Shown in pieces: positions 43,252-54,106 of a stretch of 64,000 bases of DNA (position 1 is its first letter; every line of letters starts with the position of its first letter). Source of the DNA: a phage; assembly GCA_036252695.1 (NCBI GenBank), contig GCA_036252695.1_4122.1. One strand, written 5' to 3'. The position numbers were made by a program, and so were the translations under genes. The notes below the pieces were generated by a model. The model was not told the origin of the DNA, did not search any database, and saw only the letters and a program-made list of their open reading frames with translations.

Positions 43252-43784
43252 TGAAAGTTAACATCAATGACTTTGATGCATTACAAGATTTATCAAAAAA
43301 GATTCGTATCATCGTACCAGTACTCAAAAAATGCAGTACTGGTTTAATTGATCCTAGTACTGTTGTTAATGAGAAGTACAATTTTCATCGTGTATTACAG
43401 GGTACAGGTGCATTTCAGAAGTGTGATGTACGTGAGAAACACGTAATTGATACATCATTGTTTTCTATTGGTGCACCTGTGTCGAATAATTCTATTTTCC
43501 TGGATAACGCAGGAAATATTCAACAATTAACATTTAAGAAAAGGAAAAAGAACAATAACATTGGTGTGTACGCGATGAAGTGGGGGCAACCTGATTTGAA
43601 GCGTGAAATTCACATCCCTAAGTACAATTACAATGCATTCGACGAACAGTGTTTTCAACTATCGTGTACTGACCCTGACTATGCAATCATTCAGTTCTAT
43701 ATGGAATTGCAGATAGCATTTAACAGTAATTTGTATATTAACTTATTGGCAATGAACATCGATGAAGTATTCAAAAACATTTAA
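43248..43784 (+). CDS. FQ-motif family protein (B-like)
   Basis: DEQCFQLSCTDP. Confidence 0.45.
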   Translation: MMKVNINDFDALQDLSKKIRIIVPVLKKCSTGLIDPSTVVNEKYNFHRVLQGTGAFQKCDVREKHVIDTSLFSIGAPVSNNSIFLDNAGNIQQLTFKKRKKNNNIGVYAMKWGQPDLKREIHIPKYNYNAFDEQCFQLSCTDPDYAIIQFYMELQIAFNSNLYINLLAMNIDEVFKNI

Positions 43785-43980
43785 TCGAATTGAATACATG
43801 AGAACTGTGAGTGCAGTGTGGGACATATGGTTCACTACTAAACCAAAAATGGATTACCATGACTTTAAGCTCTTGTTCTTCGTTGGCTCTAACAAACAGG
43901 ATGTTGCAATGAAGGGTTATATTCAGCACTTACAGGAACTAATACAGAAGAGGGTTAATGAAAATAATAGACCAAGATGA
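43762..43980 (+). CDS. LGT..Q-family small protein (A-like)
   Basis: FVGSNKQDVAMKGYIQHLQELI. Confidence 0.45.
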   Translation: MKYSKTFNRIEYMRTVSAVWDIWFTTKPKMDYHDFKLLFFVGSNKQDVAMKGYIQHLQELIQKRVNENNRPR

Positions 43981-44149
43981 TATTGCTAAACTATTCAATA
44001 TATATTCTACTAGAATGATGCAAACAGACTCATATAGTACTGAATTCAAAGAGTTGAAAGTACTGATGTACTTGGGAACCCAATATCAGGAACAAGTTAT
44101 TTTGGAATATATTAATTCGTTGAAGAAGGATATCCGTTATGTACGATGA
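43958..44149 (+). CDS. LGTNYQ-family small protein (A)
   Basis: YLGTQYQEQVI. Confidence 0.5.
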   Translation: MKIIDQDDIAKLFNIYSTRMMQTDSYSTEFKELKVLMYLGTQYQEQVILEYINSLKKDIRYVR

Positions 44150-44699
44150 TTTAGATCTTGCGTTTGAACGTATGGTAATTTTAATGCAATGTGCAGAAAT
44201 GCATGAAACAATCCGTCGCACCAAAGGGATTGAATATACAAGTAAACTATTCTCATACGAAAGTCGTCGAGGGATGGATCATTTTTACTGCACTGATTGT
44301 TCAAAGTTTTCAGTACTGAAATATTATCATCCTACTGTTTCCAATAATAGTTTAATATCCACATATGACGGTGATCTGTTTAGTGTAATGTATGACACAT
44401 TACATCCATCAATTTCAATCTATAAAGATTGCGATAGTAGTTTATCGTATATAATTGAAGATTACTTATCTCCTAATACTGAAGAGAATATTTTTCAGAA
44501 CAGTGTGTTGCATGATGAATTAAGTATAAAATGCATCTATATGTTCAATAAGTTAAAACAGTACGCCGATAATAATTACTTAATTGATAAGTTAGCAGTA
44601 TTGTCTGTTTCCGTTTTTAATACAAATGACATTGATATGAAATACTATAATGAGATTTGTAAAGTACATCATATGTATAAGGAACTATTATGTCAATAA
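44139..44699 (+). CDS. FQ-motif family protein (B)
   Basis: EENIFQNSVLHD. Confidence 0.55.
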   Translation: MYDDLDLAFERMVILMQCAEMHETIRRTKGIEYTSKLFSYESRRGMDHFYCTDCSKFSVLKYYHPTVSNNSLISTYDGDLFSVMYDTLHPSISIYKDCDSSLSYIIEDYLSPNTEENIFQNSVLHDELSIKCIYMFNKLKQYADNNYLIDKLAVLSVSVFNTNDIDMKYYNEICKVHHMYKELLCQ

Positions 44700-45292
44700 A
44701 TGCAAATAAATGTTGTAGTGCAGATGTGCATTTGTTTTTTAAGAAATTAGCAAATGATATTATATATATGCAGGAAATGATTTATCACAAACGAGCGGAT
44801 TTAGAAAAAGCATTAGTACAGTTCTCATTTATGCTTGATGGTGATATATTTCTAGAGAGTGATGCATTGCGAATAGTATTAGACAAAAATGCTAAAAGAT
44901 TTTTATTTCATATAGATAATAAATTATGTTCCTCCGTATGTCGTACTTTTTATAATCGTGATTCGGACTTATATCAATTCCTTTATTCCAAAGGTGCAGT
45001 AGAAGCATCATATGGTGATGGTTATGCCCTAGGAAAGAGTATTCCATTTATGAAATCATTTAAAATAGAACACATCAGTACTGATGAAGATGCAATGTTC
45101 ACAAATGATATAACTATGGGACGTGAAGATGCAATGCGATATATTACAAATTCTATGCATACATTCTTTCAACGAACAGAATTTGATAATGTATATATAT
45201 CAAATGTAAATATTTTCAATGACCTGTGTCAGTACTTGAGAAGTGTTTGTGACTTCGATGAAAGTTATTGTAAGCTATACACTGAGGTATAA
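44690..45292 (+). CDS. hypothetical protein (200 aa)
   Basis: ORF track; no clear family motif. Confidence 0.45.
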   Translation: MSINANKCCSADVHLFFKKLANDIIYMQEMIYHKRADLEKALVQFSFMLDGDIFLESDALRIVLDKNAKRFLFHIDNKLCSSVCRTFYNRDSDLYQFLYSKGAVEASYGDGYALGKSIPFMKSFKIEHISTDEDAMFTNDITMGREDAMRYITNSMHTFFQRTEFDNVYISNVNIFNDLCQYLRSVCDFDESYCKLYTEV

Positions 45293-45297
45293 AACAA

Positions 45298-45660
45298 ATG
45301 AACACATTAAGTATTACATACTATACAACTAAAAAATTAGTTACTTGTTTAATATCTTTGAAGACAAACCATGATGATATGTTTGATATGGCTGCATATG
45401 AATTAGAATTATCAGAAGATGGCTTCAAGAGCTATGAAGTATATAGCTATGTCCGTGAAGATGTAATTGACACTACACTAATGCAAGAGGATGAGTTATT
45501 CCAAGAAAGTTTAGTATGGGATAATAAGTACGATTGTAACTTTGATTTCTTATGTTTAATCCAGAAAGAAATGAAAAGAATCTTTGATAATTATCCAATC
45601 AAACGTTTCAGTACTGCACCTGAGCAATATAAAAGGATTATATTCACCTATGAAGATTGA
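45298..45660 (+). CDS. FQ-motif family protein (B)
   Basis: EDELFQESLVWD. Confidence 0.55.
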   Translation: MNTLSITYYTTKKLVTCLISLKTNHDDMFDMAAYELELSEDGFKSYEVYSYVREDVIDTTLMQEDELFQESLVWDNKYDCNFDFLCLIQKEMKRIFDNYPIKRFSTAPEQYKRIIFTYED

Positions 45661-46027
45661 ATTTGAAGTTATTACATATAGTATAGGTGATGGTATCCGT
45701 TGCTATGTACAAGCAAGGCATATGGTTCCTGATGATAAACTGTCACCCAAAAGCTTCTGTATCACACAAGATCTCTTAGATATCAACGGAGAGTACAAGT
45801 ACATATATTATCTTACTAAGGGTTATTGTAGTACACGTGGTTTTAATATTGTAGCTGTTTCTAGAGATGAAATTGATGATTTAACTGAGTACGGGGAAGA
45901 AGAGATGTTCCAGTACAGTACTGTTTTTAATGAACTGGATGTGTTTCTGTTACGAAAAATACAACACATTATGCAAGAATGTTTGCATCATAAGAGAGGT
46001 ATTGTATGCGACGTGAATCTGAATTAG
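45650..46027 (+). CDS. FQ-motif family protein (B)
   Basis: EEEMFQYSTVFN; ATG 45650. Confidence 0.5.
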   Translation: MKIEFEVITYSIGDGIRCYVQARHMVPDDKLSPKSFCITQDLLDINGEYKYIYYLTKGYCSTRGFNIVAVSRDEIDDLTEYGEEEMFQYSTVFNELDVFLLRKIQHIMQECLHHKRGIVCDVNLN

Positions 46028-46347
46028 TTAAAGTAATGTACGCTACTCATATTAAACTACTACTTGTTAAATTTGATTATAATAAAAAACATAATGATTT
46101 CTATACTTTAATTCGTGATGAAAATACATTCTCCTTGCGATGCAACAATATACCCTTGAAGATAAATGATTTTACTTCACTTGACGAGGGGGAATTATTT
46201 CAAGAATCATTAGTTTTTAATAGTAATATAAAAATTGATATAGAAGTTATTAAAAAATACCAGATTCTATTGAACAAAATTATGAATTGTTATCCATGTG
46301 AAATAGGTGGTCATATGCAGTTCAAATCAAAAATGTATGAATTATGA
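46006..46347 (+). CDS. FQ-motif family protein (B)
   Basis: EGELFQESLVFN. Confidence 0.55.
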   Translation: MRRESELVKVMYATHIKLLLVKFDYNKKHNDFYTLIRDENTFSLRCNNIPLKINDFTSLDEGELFQESLVFNSNIKIDIEVIKKYQILLNKIMNCYPCEIGGHMQFKSKMYEL

Positions 46348-46354
46348 GGTTTAT

Positions 46355-46891
46355 ATGTTAGATAAAAAAATGAACTCTGGAACCCAATATAATCATCTTA
46401 AGTTGGATACATTCGAATCAGCTATCAGTACAGCACAAGATATAATTGATATTATCAAGTTCATTAAAGAAGATAAGTTCAAATGTGTGAAAATACTAAA
46501 TCGTTCAATGTACCGTGATAAAAATATTCATGTATCAGTACGTAGACCGAAAGATCAAGAAAGTGGGAGAGATTTCTATAACAACAGTGAGCAGTTCGAA
46601 TGTGAATATGATCCAGAATTTAGAGGTGGTTTCATGTGTTACAGTATGAAGGATACCTCACACATTGAGATACGTTCATCGAAAGGTGGCATACGTACAT
46701 TAGAGTTTATTGATATAGTTTTAAATCAGGAATACTACTTTCAACTATCATTATTGTTTCCTGCATACGATTTAGGAGTTCTATTCATGTATAAGTACTT
46801 TCATGAGCACTGGAATGAAGACTTCTATCTGGACTTAGAAGATTACCAATTAGTTTGGGAAGAAATGGTAGAACTTCGCAACCACTCTTGA
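46355..46891 (+). CDS. FQ-motif family protein (D-like)
   Basis: RBS tgaggt; NQEYYFQLSLLFP...FYLDLEDY. Confidence 0.55.
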   Translation: MLDKKMNSGTQYNHLKLDTFESAISTAQDIIDIIKFIKEDKFKCVKILNRSMYRDKNIHVSVRRPKDQESGRDFYNNSEQFECEYDPEFRGGFMCYSMKDTSHIEIRSSKGGIRTLEFIDIVLNQEYYFQLSLLFPAYDLGVLFMYKYFHEHWNEDFYLDLEDYQLVWEEMVELRNHS

Positions 46892-46917
46892 CACCCACCG
46901 ATTTTTTGTGATATAAT
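46888..46917 (+). promoter_or_regulatory. sigma70 promoter internal to the array
   Basis: -35 TTGACA 46888-46893, 18-nt spacer, -10 TATAAT 46912-46917. Confidence 0.6.
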
Positions 46918-46950
46918 CCCTTTATATTAATTGTAAAGGGTTATAACACA

Positions 46951-47427
46951 ATGTCCAAAGACCTATCATTTAGCAATGCACAAAAAATAGCAAAAGACAT
47001 TATCAGGGTTTATAAATTCCTTGCGAATGTTACTGAAGATTTTTTAATTGATAAAAATAAAGTTATTAAACGAAATGGATATCTTTCCTTTATGGATGGG
47101 TTACTCTATAGCTCAGATGAATCAACTTGTAGTATTAGAGTGCTTGATGAAGTACCAAGTGGTGATTTTATTTCATACCATTTCCCAAGTTCAGATAATT
47201 TCAAATACTACAATCATCTTCTTATAAATGAAGCATTTGATACGATTGTAATTAACACTGAAGAAGAGTTCTTCCAGTACAGTACTGTGTATCCAGAGAG
47301 GATTGTTTTCAGTTCAGTGATTTTAACAGCCCTTAAAAATGAACTAAATTCCGATAGTGATCATTTCTACTTGGACCTGAACAATGTCGATTGTATTATT
47401 GAGTACCTGGAGAAAAATGGTTTATGA
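46951..47427 (+). CDS. FQ-motif family protein (D-like)
   Basis: EEEFFQYSTVYP...FYLDLNNV. Confidence 0.55.
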   Translation: MSKDLSFSNAQKIAKDIIRVYKFLANVTEDFLIDKNKVIKRNGYLSFMDGLLYSSDESTCSIRVLDEVPSGDFISYHFPSSDNFKYYNHLLINEAFDTIVINTEEEFFQYSTVYPERIVFSSVILTALKNELNSDSDHFYLDLNNVDCIIEYLEKNGL

Positions 47428-47909
47428 TTACTACAGAATATGATTACTATGGTGTTTTAGAATTTACAGAAAATATCTATCGCATTGCAAAGGAGTTCAG
47501 AAGTCCTAAGCCTTTTGGTGGAATGCCTTTTGGTGGTATGTTTCAATACGATGAGTTCAGTTCATCTAAAGGAAGACTAGCATTTACTAATGGTAGAGGT
47601 AATCAAATCTACGCGGAGTACTTTGATGATAATGACTTTCATTACAAAGCCGAATACATTTCATATTGCCCTGGGTCTGATTTGAAGATTAATATTGATA
47701 CATTTAGAGAAGCAGTATTTGTTCCGTATAATGATTTAGTCTTCATGTCAGAGGAAATGTACTTTCAGGGTTCTTGTATTCATGATGTAAAAGTACTTAA
47801 TGCTATGTTATTTTATGGTGCACTACTTAATCATTACAAATACAATCAACGATTCTTTTTAGATTTAGCAGTCTACTATAAATGCGTGGATTATTTGAAT
47901 GCAAAATAA
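47424..47909 (+). CDS. FQ-motif family protein (D-like)
   Basis: ATGA coupling; EEMYFQGSCIHD. Confidence 0.55.
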   Translation: MITTEYDYYGVLEFTENIYRIAKEFRSPKPFGGMPFGGMFQYDEFSSSKGRLAFTNGRGNQIYAEYFDDNDFHYKAEYISYCPGSDLKINIDTFREAVFVPYNDLVFMSEEMYFQGSCIHDVKVLNAMLFYGALLNHYKYNQRFFLDLAVYYKCVDYLNAK

Positions 47910-48261
47910 GAAAACAATTCAGTACATGACTGATGGTTCTGAATACTTTGTTTCAAGATATGTAATCAACTACAACCATTATGTAACCTATATTCCAGAG
48001 TACAATCAATTTTATATTCAGATTTATCAAAATAATGGAAAGATAAATGATATATATTCAGAAATAAAAATCCCTGATTATAGTACTTTATCAGAAGAGG
48101 AATTGTTTCAGGAGAACACTATAAGTACTGAAGATGTGTACGAAATAATGGAATACCAAAAGGTACTTAAACATTTTCATGAAGCAAATGATATACAAAT
48201 AGATATTGTTAAACCGTGGTGTTACAATACATATGAGGTAAATTATGTTAGAAATGATTAA
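47899..48261 (+). CDS. FQ-motif family protein (B)
   Basis: EEELFQENTIST. Confidence 0.55.
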   Translation: MQNKKTIQYMTDGSEYFVSRYVINYNHYVTYIPEYNQFYIQIYQNNGKINDIYSEIKIPDYSTLSEEELFQENTISTEDVYEIMEYQKVLKHFHEANDIQIDIVKPWCYNTYEVNYVRND

Positions 48262-48658
48262 AATTATGCAACGCTGTCTTGTTGATCAACACGGGGTATA
48301 TGGATATCGTTTAAGTGCTCCTATTGACAAAAATAAAACAACCTATGTAAGCTATAATGCTGTACATGGATTTGATATATTCATTGATGCCAACAATAAA
48401 ATCAAACAAGCTAAGGATGTGTCTATAATGACCCCTGATGAGTTATTCCAGTACAGCTTAGTTCTTCCTACATGTATCGATTTACAACGTCTAGGAGCGA
48501 TACAGAAGGTTTTACGCGAACATAAAGTACAACCCAATAAAGTCACACACATTCCAGAAACAATCTTCAAAACCATAGAAGTAGAAACTCCTGATTATAT
48601 GTTAAGTGATGATGAGTACTACGAAAAACACTTCCCTGGTAAAGTTTGGAGAGACTAA
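48245..48658 (+). CDS. FQ-motif family protein (B)
   Basis: PDELFQYSLVLP. Confidence 0.55.
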   Translation: MLEMIKIMQRCLVDQHGVYGYRLSAPIDKNKTTYVSYNAVHGFDIFIDANNKIKQAKDVSIMTPDELFQYSLVLPTCIDLQRLGAIQKVLREHKVQPNKVTHIPETIFKTIEVETPDYMLSDDEYYEKHFPGKVWRD

Positions 48659-49149
48659 TGAACCGAAAGTACAGAGAAACTATGAAGTTCGCTAAGGAGT
48701 GTTTAGAAGTGTTTGAGTTCATCAATGCTCATAAAGATTTACTCCATAGATACATTGCAATCAGTGAGACAGATGACCATAGGTACATATGTTCTCGAAT
48801 TCAAGATAAGATATATAAGATTGTGTTCTCGGAAACATACACAGATACATCTAATTCACTATATGATTTTGCACGTACTGATTACGTTTCATACAAATCT
48901 TGGTCTGATAGTATTAAAATTGTGCACAAGCAAAATACATTTTATTCTTTTCTTACGGACATTTCCGAAGAAAGTTACTTTCAAAACAGTTTAATTTATA
49001 CAGAAAAAGAACTCAAAATGTTATATATTATGTCGTACTTTAAAAAGTACTGCAAATTTAATACATTATCTTTTGAGATTTCTGCAATGAAAGTATTCAT
49101 TAAAAATGTAAAAGAATTAAAGAGGGCTTTTAATGTACATAGAAAATGA
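48646..49149 (+). CDS. FQ-motif family protein (D-like)
   Basis: EESYFQNSLIYT. Confidence 0.55.
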   Translation: MERLMNRKYRETMKFAKECLEVFEFINAHKDLLHRYIAISETDDHRYICSRIQDKIYKIVFSETYTDTSNSLYDFARTDYVSYKSWSDSIKIVHKQNTFYSFLTDISEESYFQNSLIYTEKELKMLYIMSYFKKYCKFNTLSFEISAMKVFIKNVKELKRAFNVHRK

Positions 49150-49675
49150 GAATGTAAAATGCATTACTGAAATTTGTATAAAATTAATGAAAATTTTCAT
49201 TAACCCAAAATACAAAAAACGTTCATTACATCATAATATTGATGAGCATTGTACCATTAATATACTAGGTAGTATTCTTGATGTAAAATATGATGGTAGA
49301 ATGTTATTTGGCATAAGAGAAGAGAAAATAGATGATGCATTCTTTTCCTGTAAAGATAAATTTGAACCTTCTGATTATAAAGTAATTATTCGTGATGATA
49401 GCATCTACATTAGTAGTGATTATTCAAATTACTTCGATAAAATATACAATGAAAACGTTGACTACCATTATGAAATGATAGATTTACCAGTAACAGACAT
49501 TGATATGGAGAGAATCAAATTTTCATTATCAGATAATGAGTACTTAGGTATACAAACATATTATTCACTACAAGGAAAGATTCCACCTGCTATGTATATA
49601 AGGATTGAGATTGGTAATGTATTCAATGATAAGGTTATATCTATTGCTGATAAAATATTGAGGGTTGAATTATGA
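49133..49675 (+). CDS. hypothetical protein (180 aa)
   Basis: ORF track; no clear family motif. Confidence 0.45.
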   Translation: MYIENENVKCITEICIKLMKIFINPKYKKRSLHHNIDEHCTINILGSILDVKYDGRMLFGIREEKIDDAFFSCKDKFEPSDYKVIIRDDSIYISSDYSNYFDKIYNENVDYHYEMIDLPVTDIDMERIKFSLSDNEYLGIQTYYSLQGKIPPAMYIRIEIGNVFNDKVISIADKILRVEL

Positions 49676-50235
49676 ATATCAATGATTACCAATTTCATAG
49701 GCTTGAATTTCGTCATTGTGTTGCATTTGCAAAAACATTGATGTGCATCATTGACACTCTTTCATCCAAACAATTTCGTAAGGATAATGATTTATTTCTG
49801 AAAAAAGGTCGTGTAACATCAACCGATATCGGTATTGAACTATTTGTTGATATCAGTGTTGATACCGGAGACAGTACAAGGGTTGGTTGTATAGGTCATA
49901 TTGGTACACATTGCTTCACATGGAATCCAAATACAAGTCAAGTACGAATTGATTATAGAAATTCACGTTGGGTTGATCTTAGTACTGAATCAGATTTAGA
50001 ATCAGCTATGTTCCAGCTAAGTTTAATTCACAATCCTAATGAACTTCTTTACATTATTACTTTCAGTTATCTGTTACAAAACTACGATAATCCATCAGGA
50101 TTTTTCATAGAATCAGATATAGATGAAATTATGGAAGAGATTCCAAGTTTAAAGAATATTCTCGAAGAAAAAGATTTCTATGAAGACTTCAGAGATTTAT
50201 ACGACATGCACTTGGAGTTATTTAAGAATGGATAA
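49672..50235 (+). CDS. FQ-motif family protein
   Basis: ATGA coupling; ESAMFQLSLIHN. Confidence 0.55.
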   Translation: MNINDYQFHRLEFRHCVAFAKTLMCIIDTLSSKQFRKDNDLFLKKGRVTSTDIGIELFVDISVDTGDSTRVGCIGHIGTHCFTWNPNTSQVRIDYRNSRWVDLSTESDLESAMFQLSLIHNPNELLYIITFSYLLQNYDNPSGFFIESDIDEIMEEIPSLKNILEEKDFYEDFRDLYDMHLELFKNG

Positions 50236-50746
50236 AGATGATATTCTAATTAGACTAATTAATAGTTTAATAAAGTTCTCAAATAATGATGTCGATACAT
50301 ACAAAGTGGGGGATATTGAATTTAAATCATTTGGTATGTACGGTGAGGATAAAACATATTATGCGTCAATGAAATTTCAAGATTTTCACGAGATGTTAAT
50401 ATCGTTATCATATGAAGATGTTGATCCAAGATGGAGTTCCAGTATTTCACTATCGAGAATGGTAATTCGTAGTAAGCATCGTTATATTTCGTCAAAGAAT
50501 ACTCCTAACTTGATTAATATTGTGTTGAATGAAAATACAAATCCCCTATCTAAACATGATATCGTACCGTTAACCGATGAAGTTATTTTTCAATTGAGTA
50601 CCATTTGTGATGAAGATGTGATATCATGTATGAAAATTTATGAGAAGGTTGGGAGTGATATTCCCATGAACTATTACCTAACTATAGATGGAACGTACCT
50701 TCGAGATGAGGTTCTAGCGTACATCGACAGTGTTTTACCAAAATAA
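50228..50746 (+). CDS. FQ-motif family protein
   Basis: DEVIFQLSTICD; ATG 50228. Confidence 0.5.
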   Translation: MDKDDILIRLINSLIKFSNNDVDTYKVGDIEFKSFGMYGEDKTYYASMKFQDFHEMLISLSYEDVDPRWSSSISLSRMVIRSKHRYISSKNTPNLINIVLNENTNPLSKHDIVPLTDEVIFQLSTICDEDVISCMKIYEKVGSDIPMNYYLTIDGTYLRDEVLAYIDSVLPK

Positions 50747-50772
50747 AGACCCGTATGGGTCTTTTTGTGTTT
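50747..50772 (+). terminator. intrinsic terminator
   Basis: agacccgtatgggtct hairpin + ttttgtgttt. Confidence 0.8.
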
Positions 50773-50833
50773 ATGGCTTTACAAGAGCATTCAGGTGTGT
50801 TATACTTGATTTTAACTAGAGTTGGAGGAATCT

Positions 50834-51400
50834 ATGAGTACTGAATTAATTAAAGAAGTCACATTACTTCTGAAGCATTGTTTTAAGTTCATTCCTGATA
50901 CTGGCTCACGCCAGTACATTAAAGTTAATGAGAAATATAACATCAATATCCTTGTATCTGAAACTGCGAGCAGTTATGCAAACATTGAGTTGGATTCTGA
51001 AGAAAAATATACAGTATTACAAATCATAGCAGATGTACAACGTAAACAAGATTATCGTTCTTCATTTTACAACGATCATCTGTGTGTTTGCTCAAACTTC
51101 AGTGAGAATAAAATTGTGTATAAGAATTTATACACACATGAAGTGATTGATACATATAATTATAAAATTTCATCTGATGAATACAATGTTCTAATGTTCA
51201 ACGCAAACCTTTTGTATGATGCCAGTACTGTACGCTGTTTAGAGTTAGCATATAAAATTCCAAAGATCATGGAAAGAAAAGATTTGATTCACTTTAAAAC
51301 TATTTTAAAATACAGTACAAAAGAATTAGAGGATTTAGTACAGGCTCTTAAGAATTTCATTAATGAACATGTACCTGTTAAATTCGAGGATGCACAATGA
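50834..51400 (+). CDS. hypothetical protein (189 aa)
   Basis: RBS ggagga before ATG 50834. Confidence 0.55.
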   Translation: MSTELIKEVTLLLKHCFKFIPDTGSRQYIKVNEKYNINILVSETASSYANIELDSEEKYTVLQIIADVQRKQDYRSSFYNDHLCVCSNFSENKIVYKNLYTHEVIDTYNYKISSDEYNVLMFNANLLYDASTVRCLELAYKIPKIMERKDLIHFKTILKYSTKELEDLVQALKNFINEHVPVKFEDAQ

Positions 51401-51981
51401 ACCATATCAGAACTAAAATTTTGAGACTCATGCATGACATTGCAGAACTTTCAGAGATTCATGACATTACAGAAATTGTTGAATTTGATGATTATCGACT
51501 GAAAATTGAAAACAAATCCAAACATCGTTTTGGATCAGTTCAGTTGGATGTATATAAAACTTATGAATTTTCTAAAAAAATTAAAAGTTCATGGGATACG
51601 ATTACTATGTACATTCGCACATCCAGAAATCGTGAACGTATTGGTTCTATTTCTTCTAATATGGTATTTGCGAATGCATTACATGAAAAAATGAATAAAA
51701 TTGTAGAATCTAATTTCAGTGAAGATGATGGATTTATTGGGTTGGATGTTCCACCAGAATTAGACCAAAGTGAAGATATTCGAGATGCATTCATTTTCCA
51801 GAAATCCTTGTTGGACAATTACAAAGAATTCGAGTACTTAATGCTTTGTTACGATACTGCAAAAATTCTTGATTGTGGTGAACTAGTTATGTACAATGAT
51901 TTTATCAATTGCAAGACTGATGTTCTGAATACACTACTTCAAAATATAGAATCTGTTAAGGAAAAATATGAACGCTTATAG
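51397..51981 (+). CDS. FQ-motif family protein (B-like)
   Basis: ATGA coupling; RDAFIFQKSLLD. Confidence 0.5.
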   Translation: MNHIRTKILRLMHDIAELSEIHDITEIVEFDDYRLKIENKSKHRFGSVQLDVYKTYEFSKKIKSSWDTITMYIRTSRNRERIGSISSNMVFANALHEKMNKIVESNFSEDDGFIGLDVPPELDQSEDIRDAFIFQKSLLDNYKEFEYLMLCYDTAKILDCGELVMYNDFINCKTDVLNTLLQNIESVKEKYERL

Positions 51982-52546
51982 TTATATGACAGAACGCCAT
52001 CAGTTATTATATGATATCAGTAAAAAAATGCTATCAATTGTTGGTAGTGCGAAAGAAATTGAAAAACAATATCTCATCCGTGATGTATCAATTTCATCCA
52101 AATGTTGGTCAAATGAATATTACGACCACGGTATTCTTACTATTTCTGGGGCCAGAAATATTTGTATTGTAAAAAATAAAAGTAAAAGTAATGAAGAGTG
52201 TGAGATTAGAACCGATATACAAATTAAGGATGATGGAAGTTTTTCACACCACCCATTCCATATTAGTACTGTTGGTGTTTTATATAATATTAAAGTACTA
52301 TTCGGTGATGAAGAGTATGTGTTAAAATCTATCAATCCAGATTCAAGTACAGTTGAAGAAGAACTGTTCCAGATGAGCACTGTTATACCTGAAGAGGTTC
52401 TTAGTACTATTATTTTTTGTAGTTTAATTTATCATGAATACAAAAAGAACCAGTTCGATTTCCACATGTTAGGAACGTACATCTTCAATAATTTGAATGT
52501 AGATCGTTTAAAAGCATTAAATGCAGCAATGGATAAGGTTATATAA
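51968..52546 (+). CDS. FQ-motif family protein
   Basis: EEELFQMSTVIP. Confidence 0.55.
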   Translation: MNAYSYMTERHQLLYDISKKMLSIVGSAKEIEKQYLIRDVSISSKCWSNEYYDHGILTISGARNICIVKNKSKSNEECEIRTDIQIKDDGSFSHHPFHISTVGVLYNIKVLFGDEEYVLKSINPDSSTVEEELFQMSTVIPEEVLSTIIFCSLIYHEYKKNQFDFHMLGTYIFNNLNVDRLKALNAAMDKVI

Positions 52547-52974
52547 TGACAAGAGATGATTGTTTGTACATATGGGATATAATTGAAACTACACTTTCAA
52601 ATCCAGAAAATTATAAAACAAAAAAAAGACAACGACACAAAATATGGATAGATTTGTTCGTTGAGGGCATACACGCAGTGACTATTTGGGATTCACCGAG
52701 GGCATCAGCATCTACTCTATTGGACAATGAATGCATTGATTGTATTAATTCCACTTTTCATCTCTACGGTACTACATTTTTCGGTACATTTCTGGATATT
52801 GAAAGTAAAGATGATATTGATTCACTTGCGTTACAATACCAAGTACTGTATAATACTAAATTAATTTACGATTTAGTACTAGCTTCTTATGTGTATAAAT
52901 TAATGATGAAATATAATCATATTTCAGTTTCAGTTTATACTAAGGATATTCTTTCATTAAGAGACAAAACATGA
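52546..52974 (+). CDS. hypothetical protein
   Basis: ORF track; TAATG coupling. Confidence 0.45.
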   Translation: MTRDDCLYIWDIIETTLSNPENYKTKKRQRHKIWIDLFVEGIHAVTIWDSPRASASTLLDNECIDCINSTFHLYGTTFFGTFLDIESKDDIDSLALQYQVLYNTKLIYDLVLASYVYKLMMKYNHISVSVYTKDILSLRDKT

Positions 52975-53480
52975 GTTTATTAAATGCACGCGAATTAGTT
53001 GAGATGTATGAGATTTTGTCTTCATATAAAAATTCTCATGGAGATGTGATTCTCGACAAAAAGTTCCATGTCAGTGTTGAACATATATCAAATATAGATA
53101 TGATTTCTTTGGTGGAAAGTAATAAGTCAGGTCTTGAACGCGATATCATGCGTTTGATTTATATTCCCAAACCATCATATACTAATGATAGTTCAATTAG
53201 TAATGAGACATTCATGTATAGTCCTGGTACGGATTCTACTATAGTATCGCTGTCCAATAAATCAATGGGTACTTTCCAATTCATCTATACCAGTACTGAT
53301 AACATTGAAGAAATTGAATTTCAAAACAATACATTAAGTCCATGTAGTAGTGTTATAACCTTTATGTCATATCTATGGTCAACTAAAACAAGTGCTGTTG
53401 TATATAGTTCAAATTATACACAAGATAGTATTGTTGAATCATATAAAGTTCTAAAGGAATACTATGAAAATAACAAATGA
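52971..53480 (+). CDS. FQ-motif family protein (divergent)
   Basis: ATGA coupling; EEIEFQNNTLSP. Confidence 0.5.
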   Translation: MSLLNARELVEMYEILSSYKNSHGDVILDKKFHVSVEHISNIDMISLVESNKSGLERDIMRLIYIPKPSYTNDSSISNETFMYSPGTDSTIVSLSNKSMGTFQFIYTSTDNIEEIEFQNNTLSPCSSVITFMSYLWSTKTSAVVYSSNYTQDSIVESYKVLKEYYENNK

Positions 53481-54045
53481 TTTTATTAAAAGTGTAGTAC
53501 ACCCTATGCTTAGTATTATGAAAAAAATACAGAATCTACCGGAAGATAACGATTACAAGTTTAATCGTTTTGATTCAGATGTGTTTTGTATTGAAATTGA
53601 AATTAATAACAATCGCAATTTACATTTAAAATTCAAAGAATCGTCAAGTCCGTACTACAACTTTGATATGAATTTTAAAATAGATACTGACATTGAAGAA
53701 AACGTAATATCAAATCATACTAGCAAAAATGGTTTTATGCATAGAACTACTATGTACAATAATAAAAATAGTATTATATCTAAATGGAATCATCAATTCA
53801 CTAAAATTTGTGAAATTGAATATAGTGATTTTGGTGAAGAGCATTACTTTCAGTTAAGTACAATTCATGAACTTCCACCGTATGATTATGTTAAAACATG
53901 GTTTGATATTCATAATATAATTGATGATGCAATCAAACTTCCATTTGGTGTGTCAATATCATATACTGCTCCTAAAACATTTGTTTTTACTGAAGATATG
54001 ATTATGAAAAAGATATGGGCAATTATCCCACTTATGACGGATTAA
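53464..54045 (+). CDS. FQ-motif family protein
   Basis: EEHYFQLSTIHE. Confidence 0.55.
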   Translation: MKITNDFIKSVVHPMLSIMKKIQNLPEDNDYKFNRFDSDVFCIEIEINNNRNLHLKFKESSSPYYNFDMNFKIDTDIEENVISNHTSKNGFMHRTTMYNNKNSIISKWNHQFTKICEIEYSDFGEEHYFQLSTIHELPPYDYVKTWFDIHNIIDDAIKLPFGVSISYTAPKTFVFTEDMIMKKIWAIIPLMTD

Positions 54046-54050
54046 ATTCG

Positions 54051-54077
54051 TACCAGGGGTTGACTCTGGTATTTTTG
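54051..54077 (+). terminator. intrinsic terminator
   Basis: taccag...ctggta hairpin + tttttgt. Confidence 0.55.
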
Positions 54078-54106
54078 TATGATACATTGTCCTAAAGGAG
54101 AATTTT